Shown in pieces: positions 1 through 11,277 of a DNA stretch of 64,000 nt. Origin of the DNA: Alloascoidea hylecoeti (lineage: Eukaryota); contig BCKZ01000010.1 of NCBI GenBank assembly GCA_001600815.1, positions 327,527-391,526 on the forward strand, written 5' to 3'. The notes beneath the pieces were generated by a model. It searched no databases. It had not been told where the DNA came from and worked only from the letters and a program-made list of their open reading frames with translations. The position numbers and the translations under genes are program-made. The stretch's first letter is position 1; the number at the start of each line of letters is the position of its first letter.

Positions 1-1188
1 TGTGAATACTCGTGATTCCAACTCTTCTAATACCTGAGTTAATAAACCTTCTACTGTTGTAAATCTACCACCTAATGTACCTGTTTGTAAATCAAGATTT
101 AATTCAGGTACTTTTAATGCACAAGTTTCTGATTTTAAGATATCACGAGTTAAATCATCTGCATCTTCAACAAATAAAGTGGTTCTTTGACCCTTTTCTG
201 GAATAGCTCCACCAGTTTTAACTTCATTTGATTTATAACCACAATGTTCACAAGATGTATTCATAATAATAACATCTTTAAAATGTGGAATCTTTACTGG
301 TTTCATATGAGTTTCACAGGATTTGTAACAAGTAGGACATGTTGCTGTAAATGTTTGAACCTCATTTGTGAAATTCTCAATTTCTGAAGCGTCAGATAAG
401 AAACCAGTTGAGATTGGTTTTGGATCCTCTTTGGCTTGTCTTTCTTGGATTTCTCTTTTCTTCTCTTGTATTTCATGTTGTGCTAAGACATCAGCCGAAA
501 GTAACCCAAGTAAAACATTTTGTTCTCCCGTTCTAGCGTACTCATGATGGGACCACTTCACTGATGAATCTTGTGGCATAAATTCAATCCATGAATTTCC
601 AGAAGGGTCATCAACAGTAACTGTGATGGGTAAAATTCCTTCCTTTGCATCAATTGTATCCTGTATTTTGTCTAGGACTTGGTTGATTTGCCCATATAAT
701 TCTGGGTTTAGATGTTGACGAACAAGTTGATCACTTTTCAAATCCTCAGAAATTGTACTTAATAAACCTTCAACAGTAGTTAATTGTCCCTTTTTTGGTG
801 GAATTTCAATATCTAATTCAACAAATTTAACAGCACAATAATCAGATTTAATAACTTGTCTATTAAAATCCTCTTTCTTTTCAACTTTAAATGTATATTT
901 TGATCCTTTTTCTTGGATTTCTCCGGCAGGTTGAATTTCTGAATTTTTAAATCCACAATGTGTACAATAAAAAGACATTATAACAACCTCTCTAAAATAT
1001 GGAATTCGAGTAAGTAATAATCGAGTTATGCCATTTTCATGACAATTCATACATAATGATTCAATTTCTTGGACAGCATGTCCTTCAGCATCTTGTGCTC
1101 CCGTTTGTGTAAGTCCTTGATCATCAGTTGTATCATATTCTTGTGCTGTTTCACCAACTGTTTTAAAAAAGTCTTGATTATCAGTCAT
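1..1188 (-). CDS. ZPR1: Zinc-finger protein ZPR1 (3' end runs off the window)
   Basis: Manual translation from ATG at 1188: MTDNQDFF...VQEIESLCMNCHENGITRLLLTRIPYFREVVIMSFYCTHCGFKNSEIQPAGEIQEKG. A second finger follows (TFTATCPTC...IPHFKDVIIMNTSCEHCGYKSNEVKTGG). Absent from the ORF track because no stop codon lies in the window. Confidence 0.96.
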   Translation of the reverse strand, partial: MTDNQDFFKTVGETAQEYDTTDDQGLTQTGAQDAEGHAVQEIESLCMNCHENGITRLLLTRIPYFREVVIMSFYCTHCGFKNSEIQPAGEIQEKGSKYTFKVEKKEDFNRQVIKSDYCAVKFVELDIEIPPKKGQLTTVEGLLSTISEDLKSDQLVRQHLNPELYGQINQVLDKIQDTIDAKEGILPITVTVDDPSGNSWIEFMPQDSSVKWSHHEYARTGEQNVLLGLLSADVLAQHEIQEKKREIQERQAKEDPKPISTGFLSDASEIENFTNEVQTFTATCPTCYKSCETHMKPVKIPHFKDVIIMNTSCEHCGYKSNEVKTGGAIPEKGQRTTLFVEDADDLTRDILKSETCALKVPELNLDLQTGTLGGRFTTVEGLLTQVLEELESRVFT

Positions 1189-1442
1189 TTTAATATAAGT
1201 ATGAGATTTAATACTTTCGTTGATCTTTATCTTGGTTTAAAATTTTGATTTGTAATTAGTAATAGCTTTGATTTAAGAAGTTGAATAATATTAATTATAA
1301 CCGTCTATAGTGCAATATTAATAAATAAAAGTAATGTTTGGAAAAAAGTTAATTGATTATATCTTATATCACTCAGATCTAGAATTTTTTTTTCAGTTTT
1401 ACTTTTTCAATTAATACTAGAAACCACTAGAAAATTCATAGA

Positions 1443-1450
1443 TTACCCGG
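1443..1450. promoter_or_regulatory. Reb1-type site TTACCCGG in the ZPR1/TSC2 divergent intergenic region
   Basis: Exact match to the Reb1 consensus. The same 8-mer lies upstream of the REX2-like gene (28116-28123) and POT1 (31442-31449). Confidence 0.4.
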
Positions 1451-2048
1451 ATATGATACTGTAATTTTAATATTTGTATGGGGATTAAATAAGATCTCAA
1501 GATTTACTCCATTTACTAGCTTAAAGCAGCTTAAATATGAACATTGAACACGAACAGGAATTAGTCCGTATCCCTGCAGACAGGTGTGTCTATTATATAG
1601 ATCTTCGCGTACGGAAATATATACTTGAAAGAGCATTATTGTTGCGTTTTCTGCAAAACTGCGCGAATTCACAAACACGAACATACCCGGTCCTTTAGTT
1701 TATCCGTTGGATAAGCAGACCAGATAAGTCAATTCTCCATATTCCACATCTAATCAGAGAGTTTAATAAGTTCATGAGAGGGTTTGCCATGAACCGTAGC
1801 TAGAGAAGCCCCAACCTTACGTTACCCGCCCATTACCTTGGAAGGTAAAATATCAAAATAGTTTAAGATGCAACTTATTTTTCACCCCCACTTTCTTCGA
1901 TTAATTAAACAACTTGCCCCTAGGCCTACATATAAAGATATCTGACCTCCTTTGTTTGCTTTTAATAACCCTGTATACTGTTTTATGTCTCTTCTTCTGT
2001 CATCCAACCGCAGTTGAAACTTTTCTCCCTTCTCCCTAAAGTTCAGAT

Positions 2049-5000
2049 ATGCCCTCAGATAAAAAAAGGACAACTACAACTGAAAATGGCCCTTCTTCAA
2101 AGTTCGCCAGTGTTTTCAAATCAATAACAAAATCCTTTAAAGGCGCTGCAACAACCTCGACCTCGACGCCGGTAGTGGTTCCGATAAATCCAATTGTGGT
2201 TGGTGGTGCAACAGACCAACTTCAGCTCTATGAAATTTTAAGATCAAACTTACCCATTAACCAAAGAGCAGCTGCTGCAGCCTCACTATCACAATCGATC
2301 GAGAAGTTCAGTCTTTCTTCAGTTCCTGAACTTTGGTATGCTGCCAGGGATATGATTCATCCAACTGTGGCACCATCAATACGACGAACATGCCTAAAAC
2401 TTTTAAATGTTTGTATAAAGTATGATGATCTAGCTAGTGATTCATCTCAGATGGCTTACTACGATGATATTGTCACCAACATAAATCAAAATGATATTGA
2501 ATTAGATTTTGACTGGTTTTTAATAGTTTTAAAATCATTAACGAAAGATGGACGACATATTAATGTATTTTGTATTTCTGATATTGCTCCGTTTGCTGAA
2601 GTACTAAACAATTGGCTTGAATTGATAAATATTCAAGAAGACCAAATATCAACAATCAAACAGAATAGACGTCAACAACATTATGAACCATGCTTGGAAA
2701 ATATGATAAAATATGTGTCCAATTGCTTGAAACTAAACTTTGGTGCCTTTAATGACGCCGAGATTTCCAATCTTTTATCAACAATTCTAGACATAGCAAA
2801 AAGCACAACAGAAAAAACTATTCTTCTTGCATGTATAAAAACTATCAACATTACTCTAGTTTATGGCTCATTACCTATAGAATTATTATACGCAACTCTG
2901 GAAATAGTATGTGGTGCATCAACTATAGATGATGAGCTACAGAAAACTTGCTGGGATCTTACAATGCTATTAGCAAAAGGTAACATATCTTCCTTAACAA
3001 TAGCAACAATTTTAGGTATCATTAGCAGCGATCGACAACAGAATGGTCAATCAGTGAAATCGGCCAGTACTATTCCGCCCAATACAAATGCTATTATAGG
3101 TGCTATCAAATTCATTCAAGAAATATTCTCATCACAAGCATCAGATGGAAATCGTATACATATAGATATCCATTTATCAGCAGTTTTAACTGCATTTATA
3201 CAAACATTAGATAATGAATCTGAAAAAATTGATTATCAGATCATTTCAACATTATATTATTTATTAACAAACGAAGCAACACTGAAATTTTTTAAATTTG
3301 AACATTGGTATATAAAAGCTTATTCTCCATTAGTGATGTTTGAAATATGTGCAAGAAATTGTCCAAAACCTGATAGAGTTTCAACTCTTAGTCCGAGAAT
3401 ATCAAGTATAGATGATTCATTGAGACAACCTGCAAGTGAATTAACTTCTAGTTTTGTTGCAATATACAATAATATTTTTTCCCTTCTTCGAAAACTTTAT
3501 ATAAAAAATGCATTTCCAGGAATAAATAAAAAACTTATGGAGTTTTATTGTCAAATGGCTGATTTTATTGATGATGAAACATCTCTATTAATTATAACTT
3601 ATTATGAAGAACAAAATTTATGTATTCCATTCTGTCCTGAATGGAAAGATAATTGCAGTACATTATTATGGAATTTCTATTTAGATGATTCAAGAAGTAC
3701 TGAAGTTCGTTTAAAAGTATTAGATACTTTAAAAAATGCTTATGATCTTTCAAAAGGTATATGTGATGAAAATGATGTTGAATTATTAATCTCACATTTA
3801 TTTTATGAAGCAACACGAGAGAAAGATAAATTAGTATTTGGTAAAGTATTGGAATATTTTGTGCAGATTAGTGTTGAGACATCTTCAAAAGTTTTCAAAG
3901 AATTAATCGCATTTTTTAATAGTATACTTATATCTGAACATCCACAGCAACCCCCAAAAAGGAGAAGTATTGTTTCATTAGGATCACTCTCTGGTGGTTT
4001 AAAACCAATGTCATCAAAAACTGAATACCCACAATCTACGATAACTACTGACTTAGGTATCAATCATTATGAACGTGCTGATGATGTTGTCAAAAAATTA
4101 TGTAGGATCTTTGTTTTAACAATGCATACTGATGGTGATAAGGCAAAATTTTTATATGATTCATTAATAACTGTTTGTGAAACGGCTATATCTACTAATA
4201 AAAGTGTGATATTTGTTGATTGTGCTCGATTATTCACCAGATTATTTGTAACTACTGATGGTGCTTTTTATTTAAATGAATTTATGGATATGGAAGGTGT
4301 TTCTGCTGCTGTTGGTAGGAATTTGAAAGTTGACTCAGAATTTGCAATCAAGAACCCAGAAGCAACATGGTGGTATCCTCAAGAAATCGAATTTATCAAA
4401 CCAGAAGATTTTGGTAAAACTTCAAAGGAGTTATTTCTTGTTTCTAATAACAAAAATTCAGATCTTTCAGAGAAAGAAAGTTTAAGTGAGACTAGTAATG
4501 GAAATGATTTATTTAAAAAAGATTTTAAATTTGCAACTCCAGCTCAGTCACCAAGATATTCTTCAACTGATTCTCCTTCTCGCTCTTCAAATTTCGTTCA
4601 ATCTAATCAACAAATCCCCCAAAGAAGTGAAATTGAAATATCAAAATGGTTAGGAATTATCATAAGAATTATTGAAAATGGTGCTAATTGGGAAATCTAT
4701 TCATTCATTTGGGCTCATTTATGTCCTCAATTACTTAATGTAGGTCTATTTAAAAATTGTACTGCACAAATTCTAAGGTTACGACAATTAATGTGTGATC
4801 AGTTAACTATAAAATTACCAAATGTTGAATTACCAAAAGATATATCAAAAGGAGATATTCATGTTGCTATAGTTCGAACAATGTCACCGTTAATTGCTTA
4901 TCATTCTCTTTTCACAAAAAAAGATGAAGATGCAATTGTTAAATCTATAATATTTGCATTAACTTCATGGGAAAAAACTGCAATTCCTTGTATTCATTGT

Positions 5001-6977
5001 TTAAATGTTTGTTGTTATGAATTTCCTTTATCAATTAAGAAATTTATAGCACCATTATTCACTCAATTTCAAACAAGAATATCAAGTCCTTATACAAGTG
5101 CACACATTTTAGAATTGTTATTGGCATTAGTTTATATTCCATCATTAACTGCAAATTTTACATTTGATGAATTTAAAAGAGTTTTTGGAATGTCATTTAA
5201 ATTCATTCAATATGCTCATGATATGCAAATGTCTCAACTTTCAAATCCAAATTCCACTCCAGCTTCATCAAATTCTAAAGTATTTCCAAGTTGTAGTGAT
5301 ACAACAGAAGCTGAATATATTCCATCCACGTTAAATTTGAAATATGTTCCACCTGCAATGTCTCAATACTTACTCACATTATCATATGATTTAATTTCAA
5401 GTTGGTTTTTACAAATGAGACAAGATGAGAGGAAACAGATTGCTCCATACTTAATACGAAACTTAACTAAACTGTCAAATAATGTGATTGATGAGACAGG
5501 TAAAATAATAGATATTAGTGAACAAAATATGGTCTTCATTGATCTGTTATCTCGTTTTTCTTACTCTGATTTGGATTTAAGATCAACTTCTGGTTTGGAT
5601 ATAACTACTAAATTCGGTAAAGACAGACCTGTAGTGACAAAACAATGGATTTATGGAACGAGTGTTGTAACTATTGCTACTGATACTTCAAGTGGTGATT
5701 CAGTTATTGTCATTCGTCGTCCTACTGGGATTGCGGTGTTTGAGTTAAAACCAGATCCTTTGATGATACCATCCTGGGTCCAAGAGATTATAAGACCAAC
5801 TTCAGCTGTCAATGAAGTTACTAATATGCTTTCTTCAGCTCCTGTATTTACACCAAATTATATGATGTTACAATTGATGTTTCCAACTGATCCCACAAAT
5901 AATTTCAAACCTATTCCCTTACCTGATGATGCAGCCACATCAAGAGCTGTATCAACAATTGACAGAACACCAATTGTTGGATTTCATAAAGTTGGAATTA
6001 TTTATATAGGGCCTGGTCAAGTAAAAGAAACTGAAATTTTAAGAAATACTACCGGATCTCGAGCATATCGTAAGTTTCTTTCAAGACTTGGACGTCTTGT
6101 TAAATTATCCAACAATAAAAATATTTATTCTGGTGGTTTGGATACAGAAAATGATATTGATGGAGAATTCGCATACTTTTGGGATAACAAAATAACCCAA
6201 TTAATCTTCCATACGGTAACAATGATGCCCAATCCAAAAGGAGATTATGATCCAGGATTTGCTATGAAGAAAAGACACATTGGTAATAATTATGTCAATA
6301 TTTACTTCAACGAATCCGGGTTAGCTTTTGATTTCAATACCATTAAATCCCAATTTAATTTCATTAATATAATAATTTATCCACATACCCGGGCATCAGG
6401 TTCTCTTGGAACTTTTCTCGATCAAGAAAATAATTCCTCTTCTGAAGATCTGCTACAAAAATCGTATGTTGTTAAAGTTCTAAGACGGGCAGGATCAAAC
6501 ATTCCTGCTATTTTTGCAGCTACTCATTTTAAAATTGTATCTGAAGAGAATTTATCAATGTTTGTTCGAAATATTGCTTTGGTAGCAAGTATATTTTCAA
6601 ATGTATGGCATACAAATGGTGAATATACCTCAAATTGGAAGCATCGTATGATTCAAATCAAAACATTGAAAGATCGTGCTGTTCAAAATAATCTAAATCA
6701 TTCTACAGTTAATTCTGCGTCTGGTAATAATCATAATAATATTCATTCTTCATTATTCCCAAGAAATAGTCAGAATAATACTCAATCAGAAGATACAACA
6801 AAATCATTTCTGGATCAATTAACTGGTTCTAATTCCGATTTAAGTTCGAATTCAGTAGGAAGATCATCAAGTAAACATGATAACAGAAATAATCATGATT
6901 CAAATAATTATTTCTATGATGATGATAGTAATGATGATAGTGTTATTAAAAACATTGAATTTGTTTCCTTTACTTAA
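2049..6977 (+). CDS. TSC2: Tuberin (TSC2), Rheb GTPase-activating protein
   Basis: 1642 aa. Helical N-terminal region; C-terminal Rap-GAP motifs FHKVGIIYIGPGQ..ETEILRN, GGLD, QLIFHTVTMMP and KKRHIGNNYVNIYFNE. Confidence 0.93.
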   Translation: MPSDKKRTTTTENGPSSKFASVFKSITKSFKGAATTSTSTPVVVPINPIVVGGATDQLQLYEILRSNLPINQRAAAAASLSQSIEKFSLSSVPELWYAARDMIHPTVAPSIRRTCLKLLNVCIKYDDLASDSSQMAYYDDIVTNINQNDIELDFDWFLIVLKSLTKDGRHINVFCISDIAPFAEVLNNWLELINIQEDQISTIKQNRRQQHYEPCLENMIKYVSNCLKLNFGAFNDAEISNLLSTILDIAKSTTEKTILLACIKTINITLVYGSLPIELLYATLEIVCGASTIDDELQKTCWDLTMLLAKGNISSLTIATILGIISSDRQQNGQSVKSASTIPPNTNAIIGAIKFIQEIFSSQASDGNRIHIDIHLSAVLTAFIQTLDNESEKIDYQIISTLYYLLTNEATLKFFKFEHWYIKAYSPLVMFEICARNCPKPDRVSTLSPRISSIDDSLRQPASELTSSFVAIYNNIFSLLRKLYIKNAFPGINKKLMEFYCQMADFIDDETSLLIITYYEEQNLCIPFCPEWKDNCSTLLWNFYLDDSRSTEVRLKVLDTLKNAYDLSKGICDENDVELLISHLFYEATREKDKLVFGKVLEYFVQISVETSSKVFKELIAFFNSILISEHPQQPPKRRSIVSLGSLSGGLKPMSSKTEYPQSTITTDLGINHYERADDVVKKLCRIFVLTMHTDGDKAKFLYDSLITVCETAISTNKSVIFVDCARLFTRLFVTTDGAFYLNEFMDMEGVSAAVGRNLKVDSEFAIKNPEATWWYPQEIEFIKPEDFGKTSKELFLVSNNKNSDLSEKESLSETSNGNDLFKKDFKFATPAQSPRYSSTDSPSRSSNFVQSNQQIPQRSEIEISKWLGIIIRIIENGANWEIYSFIWAHLCPQLLNVGLFKNCTAQILRLRQLMCDQLTIKLPNVELPKDISKGDIHVAIVRTMSPLIAYHSLFTKKDEDAIVKSIIFALTSWEKTAIPCIHCLNVCCYEFPLSIKKFIAPLFTQFQTRISSPYTSAHILELLLALVYIPSLTANFTFDEFKRVFGMSFKFIQYAHDMQMSQLSNPNSTPASSNSKVFPSCSDTTEAEYIPSTLNLKYVPPAMSQYLLTLSYDLISSWFLQMRQDERKQIAPYLIRNLTKLSNNVIDETGKIIDISEQNMVFIDLLSRFSYSDLDLRSTSGLDITTKFGKDRPVVTKQWIYGTSVVTIATDTSSGDSVIVIRRPTGIAVFELKPDPLMIPSWVQEIIRPTSAVNEVTNMLSSAPVFTPNYMMLQLMFPTDPTNNFKPIPLPDDAATSRAVSTIDRTPIVGFHKVGIIYIGPGQVKETEILRNTTGSRAYRKFLSRLGRLVKLSNNKNIYSGGLDTENDIDGEFAYFWDNKITQLIFHTVTMMPNPKGDYDPGFAMKKRHIGNNYVNIYFNESGLAFDFNTIKSQFNFINIIIYPHTRASGSLGTFLDQENNSSSEDLLQKSYVVKVLRRAGSNIPAIFAATHFKIVSEENLSMFVRNIALVASIFSNVWHTNGEYTSNWKHRMIQIKTLKDRAVQNNLNHSTVNSASGNNHNNIHSSLFPRNSQNNTQSEDTTKSFLDQLTGSNSDLSSNSVGRSSSKHDNRNNHDSNNYFYDDDSNDDSVIKNIEFVSFT

Positions 6978-7972
6978 AATTTAAATATTCTTTGTTTTCC
7001 TTAACTTAATTAATAAAAACTTTTTGTTTCTTTTTTTTTTCTTTTACCATTATATTAACTTGTTTCTTTTGATGTGATAATTTTTTTTCTTCTTTTAGTT
7101 TGATGAATTGAAGACGTTGGAGCATAATACTTAACGGCTATATATTTTATAATCAAGATTATTTATCATTATAAAAATGATATTTTTAATTTACTATAAT
7201 TATTGATGCGACGCTTTACTTATCGATCTCATCACTTTACTCATAATAAACGTTAACTGTGAACCACGATCTACTTGTGGTATTGTATATTTCAATGTTT
7301 GTTGTAGCAACCACTGTGGGTTACTTGTAGGTGGTAAACATATCCTGGAATACAACAGATCTAGACGAGAGAACTCTCTGTTTCCACTTTTAAAGATTTT
7401 CATAACCTTAATTATTGGTATTAGTGAGTGTGTCGATGATTGAATTGCCCGTTTCAAAATTTAAAGTTGTCATATCAGAATCATTTTTTTTTTATTAGAA
7501 AGGAATGACTACATATACATAAGATATATGTTTATATAAAGTATTTGTACTTTAAAGTTAATTGTTTCAATATGAAATTATAGTAGTTACAATGAAAAAT
7601 GAATGCAAAATAACCTATATATATATATCAGAAATCTTAATATTAATCTTAATATTATTAATAACCCATAGCTTTAACAAGAGAATTTAATTATCTTGAA
7701 CATTGATATAAATATTAAAGTTACTAGAATGAATAGGACTTGACAAATTCTGATTAAAAAAAGATATATAAGATGGTGTATAATTCTGATTAGTCAACCA
7801 GCACAGAGGTACTTTATATTTTTTTAGTCTTCAACATTGTTCTTGCTTTATTGGTAATATGTGCATATGCATATGAATATTAAAGGTCACCCGGCTTTTG
7901 TGTGCCAATATATTTATCTTTACACTCCACACTTTATGATTTATAATACTTTATTGTGAATATCCTTTAAAA

Positions 7973-8992
7973 ATGTCAACCTCAATACAAAATTGCTTGA
8001 AAAATCCCCCACTTGAACAAATAAATAGCCCTCTTACAGCTGCCAGCCATTATATTCATACCTGGATTTCATTATACTCTTCAAATATCAAATTAAATAA
8101 ACCCGAATCAATTCTCTCTTCTAGTTTAATTGTTTTAAACTATTTCAATGGCATATCAATCACTTTATCAATCATACGTGGAACACGAGTATCAATAGTT
8201 TTAACTCTTGATGATTCCTCTGAATCTTTGTTAATACCACTTGATGAATTGATTAATGAAGGTGAATTATCAAAAGATGGAAAACCTGTGGATATTGAAA
8301 AGTTATATACCAAAAATGTTGAAAATATTGATAGAAAATTGTTATCAAAATTTGGTTCTTTACTAACAGGGATAAATAATGAGTTTACTAATCCCTCTAA
8401 TGTTAGAGATATTAATGAAGAAGAAGATGTGGTTTTATCTAAAATTAACAAACCAAGTTTGGATTTGCCATCCACAAGTAATTCAACCCAAACTTCTCAA
8501 ACTTATGATGATATGCCTCAATTCGAGAACTATGATAGGGTTCCTGAAAACAATTTTCATATTCCAACAAGTTTAAGAAGTGATAGAGATGAAAGATTTC
8601 CTTCTATCGGTGATAATGATCTGAACCCACCAGGTGTTCCAACAAACCCATCAATGACACCTTTTCATCCTTTAGGTGGTTATCCAAATCAAACCCCTAA
8701 CGGTATGATTCCTGGCCCTGATCATCCAATTTTTGGTGCAGGAGCTCCTTCTTCTAATCGGTATATTAGACATGATCCACCTTTTCCTGATTCAGAAGAC
8801 TGGAGTGGTGCAAGAATCCCAGATGGCTCTAATGGGTTGGGAGGAATTGGTCCAGCTCAAGGAAGAGGACCACCTGGATTTGGCGGTCCTGGATTTGGCG
8901 GTCCTGGATTTGGTGGTCCTGGATTTGGTGGATCTGGATTTGGTGGGTCTGGATCTGGATTTGGAGGTCCTGGAATGGGTGGGTTTATTTAA
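7973..8992 (+). CDS. FUB1: PI31-family proteasome regulator (FUB1-like)
   Basis: Pro/Gly-rich C-terminal half with IGDNDLNPPG, GMIPGPDHPIFG and RHDPPFP motifs, GGPGF repeats and a C-terminal GFI (HbYX-like) end. Confidence 0.75.
   Translation: MSTSIQNCLKNPPLEQINSPLTAASHYIHTWISLYSSNIKLNKPESILSSSLIVLNYFNGISITLSIIRGTRVSIVLTLDDSSESLLIPLDELINEGELSKDGKPVDIEKLYTKNVENIDRKLLSKFGSLLTGINNEFTNPSNVRDINEEEDVVLSKINKPSLDLPSTSNSTQTSQTYDDMPQFENYDRVPENNFHIPTSLRSDRDERFPSIGDNDLNPPGVPTNPSMTPFHPLGGYPNQTPNGMIPGPDHPIFGAGAPSSNRYIRHDPPFPDSEDWSGARIPDGSNGLGGIGPAQGRGPPGFGGPGFGGPGFGGPGFGGSGFGGSGSGFGGPGMGGFI
8873..8974 (+). repeat. 15-bp coding tandem repeat (PGFGG)n
   Basis: cctggatttggcggt-type units repeated about 6 times with degeneration. 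Confidence 0.85.
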
Positions 8993-9567
8993 ATCTATTT
9001 GGCATGTGTTGCTTTACAAAATGCTTATGATCTGATGACTGAAACAAGAAACCATTTTTCTTGGTGATTATATAAACGTATACGTATAATATATTTATTA
9101 AATATTTGGTGATTTTAAATGATAATTTGAACTAAATCTATTAAAGGTTATGAATATTCAGTATTAATATGAAATATGCAGGGAATTCCTCTTTGCTGGT
9201 TGATCAATCAGAATTGAGAACACCTGCATAACCATATCTTATAATTATGAATACATATTAACATGGGCATGTTATTATATTCTAAAGGATTATTATTACT
9301 ATGCTAAAGATTTTTATACAATTAATATGCTATGCATATATATCAATAAAAAATAATTAAACTTGCAAGTCTCTCAAATATAAATTGATATAGTAGACTA
9401 TCAGGTGTATTTTTATAATCATTGTAAAGTAAATATATGCGTCGAAAATATTGAGACATTAGAACCAATCCATTTTATAACAAAGAGTATCAATTCTTCT
9501 CCAAAAACAAGGGGTATACATGTTAAGCATATAATTTGTAGGTCTAAACTATATAAAGTAGTTAGTA

Positions 9568-10352
9568 ATTTTAAATGGTTAGAGGAGAAACCGAGTTGTT
9601 CAAACTATGTCAACTATCAAGGGTGATCACACCTCGTCCTAATATAATTCTATTTTCACCAGAGATGATACCCAAAAGATATAACAAATCAACTAGATAT
9701 TTAGTAAATCCTTTGAAGTTCAGTACCAGAGACCATTGATGACAAATTCATACCATCATAGGAATGTCCAAATCATCTTTAAACACCTATAAGGGTTTAA
9801 TGGAATACCCTATAGCATATAGGATCCGGAAAGTTACAAAGGATATGATATTATTGATGATAATACGAAATTTGATTCTGAGGGCCCTTTAATATTGAAT
9901 GGCTTTAGTGATAGTAAACTTGGTTACAAAGAGGATACTAACAATTGGAATATGTGGATAGCCCACTACGATCCAAAAACGGATAAAACCATTTATGAAG
10001 GAGTTTTAAGCATTGAAATATCCTCCTTTACTTCTGATTTAGTTCCGAATTTTGCATCCTGTAACGTATCAAGATCTTATGATGTGGAATTTAGAATTGG
10101 GTTAAAACCTCAATTGAAAGTATCGAACATAAATATATTCAAAAGAACATTAAGGAAAATACAAGCTATTATAAGTGGTTCTAATACCAACAACAACAAT
10201 ATCGATCTAGTTGAATCAAAAATAATATTATAATTCATTTTATACAAACTTTGATTTGAGAGTCCCTTTTGACATCGTATTAAATGCAAGGGCTGATACT
10301 TCATTTCCGTATGCTTTTTAGGAAGACAAAATCTTGAATAGTTGTATATAAT
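9568..10352 (+). repeat. Copy 1 of a near-identical direct repeat (3' part of the Bul1/arrestin-like relic)
   Basis: Matches 13808-14644 except an 11-bp deletion, a 42-bp deletion, a 1-bp insertion and one substitution that I could see. The identical 112-aa ORF occurs in both copies. Confidence 0.95.
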
Positions 10353-11277
10353 TCTTGACTCAAATTATCTTCTCTTCTTACTCCTATTATTTTTTTTATT
10401 ATTATGTTTCACTTTCATCAAAATTTAAACAATCTTCTATTAGATTTTAATAATACCGATGTCCTCGTTAGTATTGATCATCTAGGTCTTAATAAACGTA
10501 TTAAATGAATCATCAATTAATATGGATTCTTTTAATCAAGAGTTTGAAAGTGAAGATAATTTCAATAATTAATTACAATTGCCACTATAACGATTATAAT
10601 CATATTGCAATTGAATTACCAATCAGCTACAAAGCTATTCTAATATTATTGCAACTATCAATGAAAAAGATGATTTAATGTCGTATAATTAATAAAATAA
10701 TATTAAATGGTATCGATGAGTATACCAATAAAGAATAAAGCTGTCATAACTAGCCTTATAAACGAATACGATACAAATGTATATTATTGCACTCTGCGAA
10801 TTGGCCTTAGTCCCAAGTTCAAAGATTATATATATCAACGAATTATATTATAAAAAGAGAAGTGCGCGGAAATTTTAGTCATACTTGACGATTTTATTTG
10901 TATTTTTCATAAAGGCCTAATCTATCCTAGGGGGCCATAATATTAGTATTAATATAATATGTGCTCTTTATTAAGTAAACTAGGTGGATTACGATCGGGT
11001 ATGGAAAAATATATATTCACAGGGTTGAATCCTAAACCTATATCTATAAAGTTATATCTTTTAATGAATTTTAATAATTTGGTGAAGGTCACAGAATGTG
11101 GCAGTATTCCGGCCGTAGTGGAAAGAAATTTTAAAGGCTATGCCAACAACTGATAATGACTTTGTAATATATTAATTAATGCTCACCATATAATATACCC
11201 TATCTGTAGCCGTAATATATTTCTTCTTCCATTTCCTCCTTATTTTAAATTAACCATTATTAACATCATCCATAATC

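Noticed and set aside
7200..7480. Minus-strand frame with five TAA stops, suggesting RIP-like mutation or TAA reassignment
   Set aside because: Stop density is about what random AT-rich DNA gives, and real genes in the window end in TAA.
9895..10233. Identical 112-aa ORFs (also 14187-14525) as intact genes
   Set aside because: They start at TTG and are the last open segment of a decayed longer gene.
10750..10840. LINEYDTNVYYCTLRIG fragment resembling an aspartic protease N-terminus
   Set aside because: Too short and not followed by a DTG motif.
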